Source of the DNA: Trichoplax adhaerens
Taxonomy: Eukaryota; Animalia; Placozoa
Reading direction: 5' to 3'
Assembly (NCBI RefSeq): GCF_000150275.1
Contig: NW_002060963.1
Coordinates: 381,502 to 445,501 of the forward strand
Length of the DNA stretch: 64,000 nucleotides
Positions 61,465 to 64,000 of this stretch are shown here, one piece after another; position 1 is the first letter of the stretch; the number at the start of each line of letters is the position of its first letter. The position numbers and the translations under genes are program-made. The notes under the pieces were generated by a model. It saw nothing but the letters and a program-made list of their open reading frames with translations, was not told the origin of the DNA and ran no database searches.

Positions 61465-64000
61465 TTAATCGATTAACTAAGCAGCAGAGGATATAATTAT
61501 CATCAACGTCAATGCACAACATATTTAAAGCAAACATTTAATTAACTCCAATGTTCAAGCCTAAGCGATTACTTTATACATTTCTGAGATCCTTTTCTGA
61601 AAGAAAGATAGGAATTATTTTAAAGGATATTAATTAAAAGCTTTACCGTAATTGACTACTGTAAATTAAGATGCTGCATTGGCAGTATTTTTAATTTATA
61701 TTTTACTTATTAATAATTCTAGAATTGTGAAATTTCTTATCTGTAACGATATGATATGTGTGCAAAATTAATTTATCAATAGTCATAAATCATTCGAAAT
61801 TTATTTAAAGCAATATGACTTGATGATTCAGTCCTGTTTAATCTAATATTTTAAAAATTATTAAATAAAGATATGCGTAATAAAAGTCTCTAATCGATAC
61901 ATATTCTGTCTCTAATTCATACATTTCTTAGCTCCGAAAATTTTAAATACGCTAACGAATAGACTGACATTGGTTAAATGATTACCATTAAAGGCAGAAT
62001 CATTGAAAATTACTTTGATTAGTGTATTTACAATCATCTAATGATTTCTTTCAGTATCATCCCATAAAGTGTAGCAGGCGTTAATATAGGATGTTACATA
62101 AATACGTAGTTTTACATTACGAATATCACAGGAAATTGCTTTCTACGTCAGTTACTTCATGTACTCCTTTAGTATTGGATCAAACGTACTATCATGCAAG
62201 AGATCAAAATGGTTACTAGAAACTTTTCAGCCTGTAGAGAGAATGATACTGCACAGAAGCTATTTATAATAGTATTATAGTTAATCTGCTTCTGCTTCAT
62301 ACTACGAAACGAGGCTAGATATCAATTTTTCGTCGAAGATAAACGATTCCTTATAATCGATGGAATGATCAAACTTACGACAATTTGCATAACTGGCTAA
62401 TAAGTAATACTTATTGGAGAGTGTAATACGTGTATGTCTGCTCATTTTCGGCCGTACCTTTATATTCATTCATCCCGTATATGAAGTGAAGATCTCCCAT
62501 ATCTTTTTTTAGCTCTAATTGTATCAATTATTCTGTAGCCCTATGATTACACAGTCTCTCAGTATTGACGGAAATGAGCTTTAGCTATAGAATAAAATCT
62601 TAATTTCATTGTACAGACAGATGATGCAGAATTTGGAGATGCATTTTCTATTAACTAGTAAGATGTCGTTTCTGTATCGGTTATATAGCTTAATTATTTT
62701 AATTTATGAATTTGTCTACTTTAATTTCTGCATGTACACCGATAATTAGAACTTAATTGTAAGTTCTATACAGTATGAACTTCGTACTCAAATGGATGCA
62801 GCTATTTCTCTTTACGGTCGTAAAGCACATTTAAATCTTTAAATTTCTCTTCAAGTACAGTTTTTAGCTTAAGGTTTTTCCTTAAGTTTAATACAACAAA
62901 TGCAGCCCACCTAGGCTTTTCCATTTATTTGAGCCAGAAGAAAGAAGTAGGTAATGAAGATACCTATCAACTAAGGAAAAAGAGAAGTAAAGATTATTAT
63001 CATTTCATTAAAAGAGGGTCTGTTAAATTAAGGCGAAAATTACATTAAACAGAGCCAAATATTCAACAACTAAAGAATTGTTGTACGCATTATTTATTTT
63101 ACTTCATTATAAATAAGTAGTGATACCATAGTTCACTTGTATAACATATATATCTAGAAATATGTTATTTATACATACGGGTATATACTCATACTAGACT
63201 AACTCGCACATCATGTATATAAATGAGATTTCTGATAATATTACGAGTAATTGATGTTTTACTCAGTGCATAATTATATCTACAAATAACATTAACAATG
63301 TAGAAGTCTTTATTTCCTGGCATAATAGACTAACTAAGTCTAAAAAATTTTTCTGGTGCTTTAAGTCACTGCTAAGATGCTATATCACATTGTTATGGAG
63401 CAAATCACCGTACTTGTTAATTGACTAAACTTTGTTATTAAATTATTATTGGGCTAAATATTAGAAGTTGATAATTTAATTTAAGAATACTAATAATGAG
63501 TAACCTTAGATCATAAAGACTTAATTGTGTCTTGAACTCATGTAGAGTATTAATAATGGCGGCTACTTGGTACCTGCAGTGAACGTGTAATTACTGTGCT
63601 GAGCCTTGAGCCTTTAATTGGCTCCTAATTAGTTATTGTTAATTAAATTTGTTTACTAATACATACTTATGGTAAACAGTATAGTTTATTGATATTGAAT
63701 CTCCTATAGCAATCAAGTAAATCTTGCATAAGAAAATTGTTAACTGTGCACCACAAATTCTGTGGAAGGGTATAAATAGGCGAGCGAATACTCAGTTCGA
63801 GAGTTGATTGGTTGTGTGTCACTCAAGTAGTCTAGTACTATCACACGTTAGATCTCCAGTAGTACTGGAGTGAATAAGTAATCTAATAGTCTAGTTTAGT
63901 CGATCACGAAGACTATTTGTTATACACATAATTACAGTTTATATTATGCAGCTATGTAGAGCTGCTGCTGCAGTATCGAATATTACTAATATGTGATTAC

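Noticed and set aside
63770-63900. TATAAATA plus an 8-bp inverted repeat (ctccagta-g-tactggag) near the window end
   Set aside because: Could be a promoter or an LTR, but the downstream context is outside the window; not assignable.

Overview
AT-rich eukaryotic genomic DNA with many short GT-AG introns and one 50-N assembly gap. The gene set is metazoan, and the compact, AT-rich style suggests an early-branching animal such as the placozoan Trichoplax (inference only). Genes were rebuilt by hand-splicing exons. In order: a divergent MOK-derived pseudokinase (-), probably fused to an upstream CARD exon; an intact MOK/RAGE kinase (-) with RFX X-box-like sites; gephyrin (-) head-to-head with taspase-1 (+); a small GON7-like KEOPS subunit (-) head-to-head with a consortin-like TPR/tail-anchored protein (+); a cytochrome-b5-fused fatty-acid desaturase of protist/fungal delta-5 type (+), tail-to-tail with an internally duplicated acyl-ACP-thioesterase-like hotdog protein (-); and two tandem SLC35F3/F4-like transporters (+). 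The most notable candidates are the CARD + catalytically dead MOK chimera, the desaturase/thioesterase pair, and the GON7-like gene. All family assignments come from motif recognition, not database searches.
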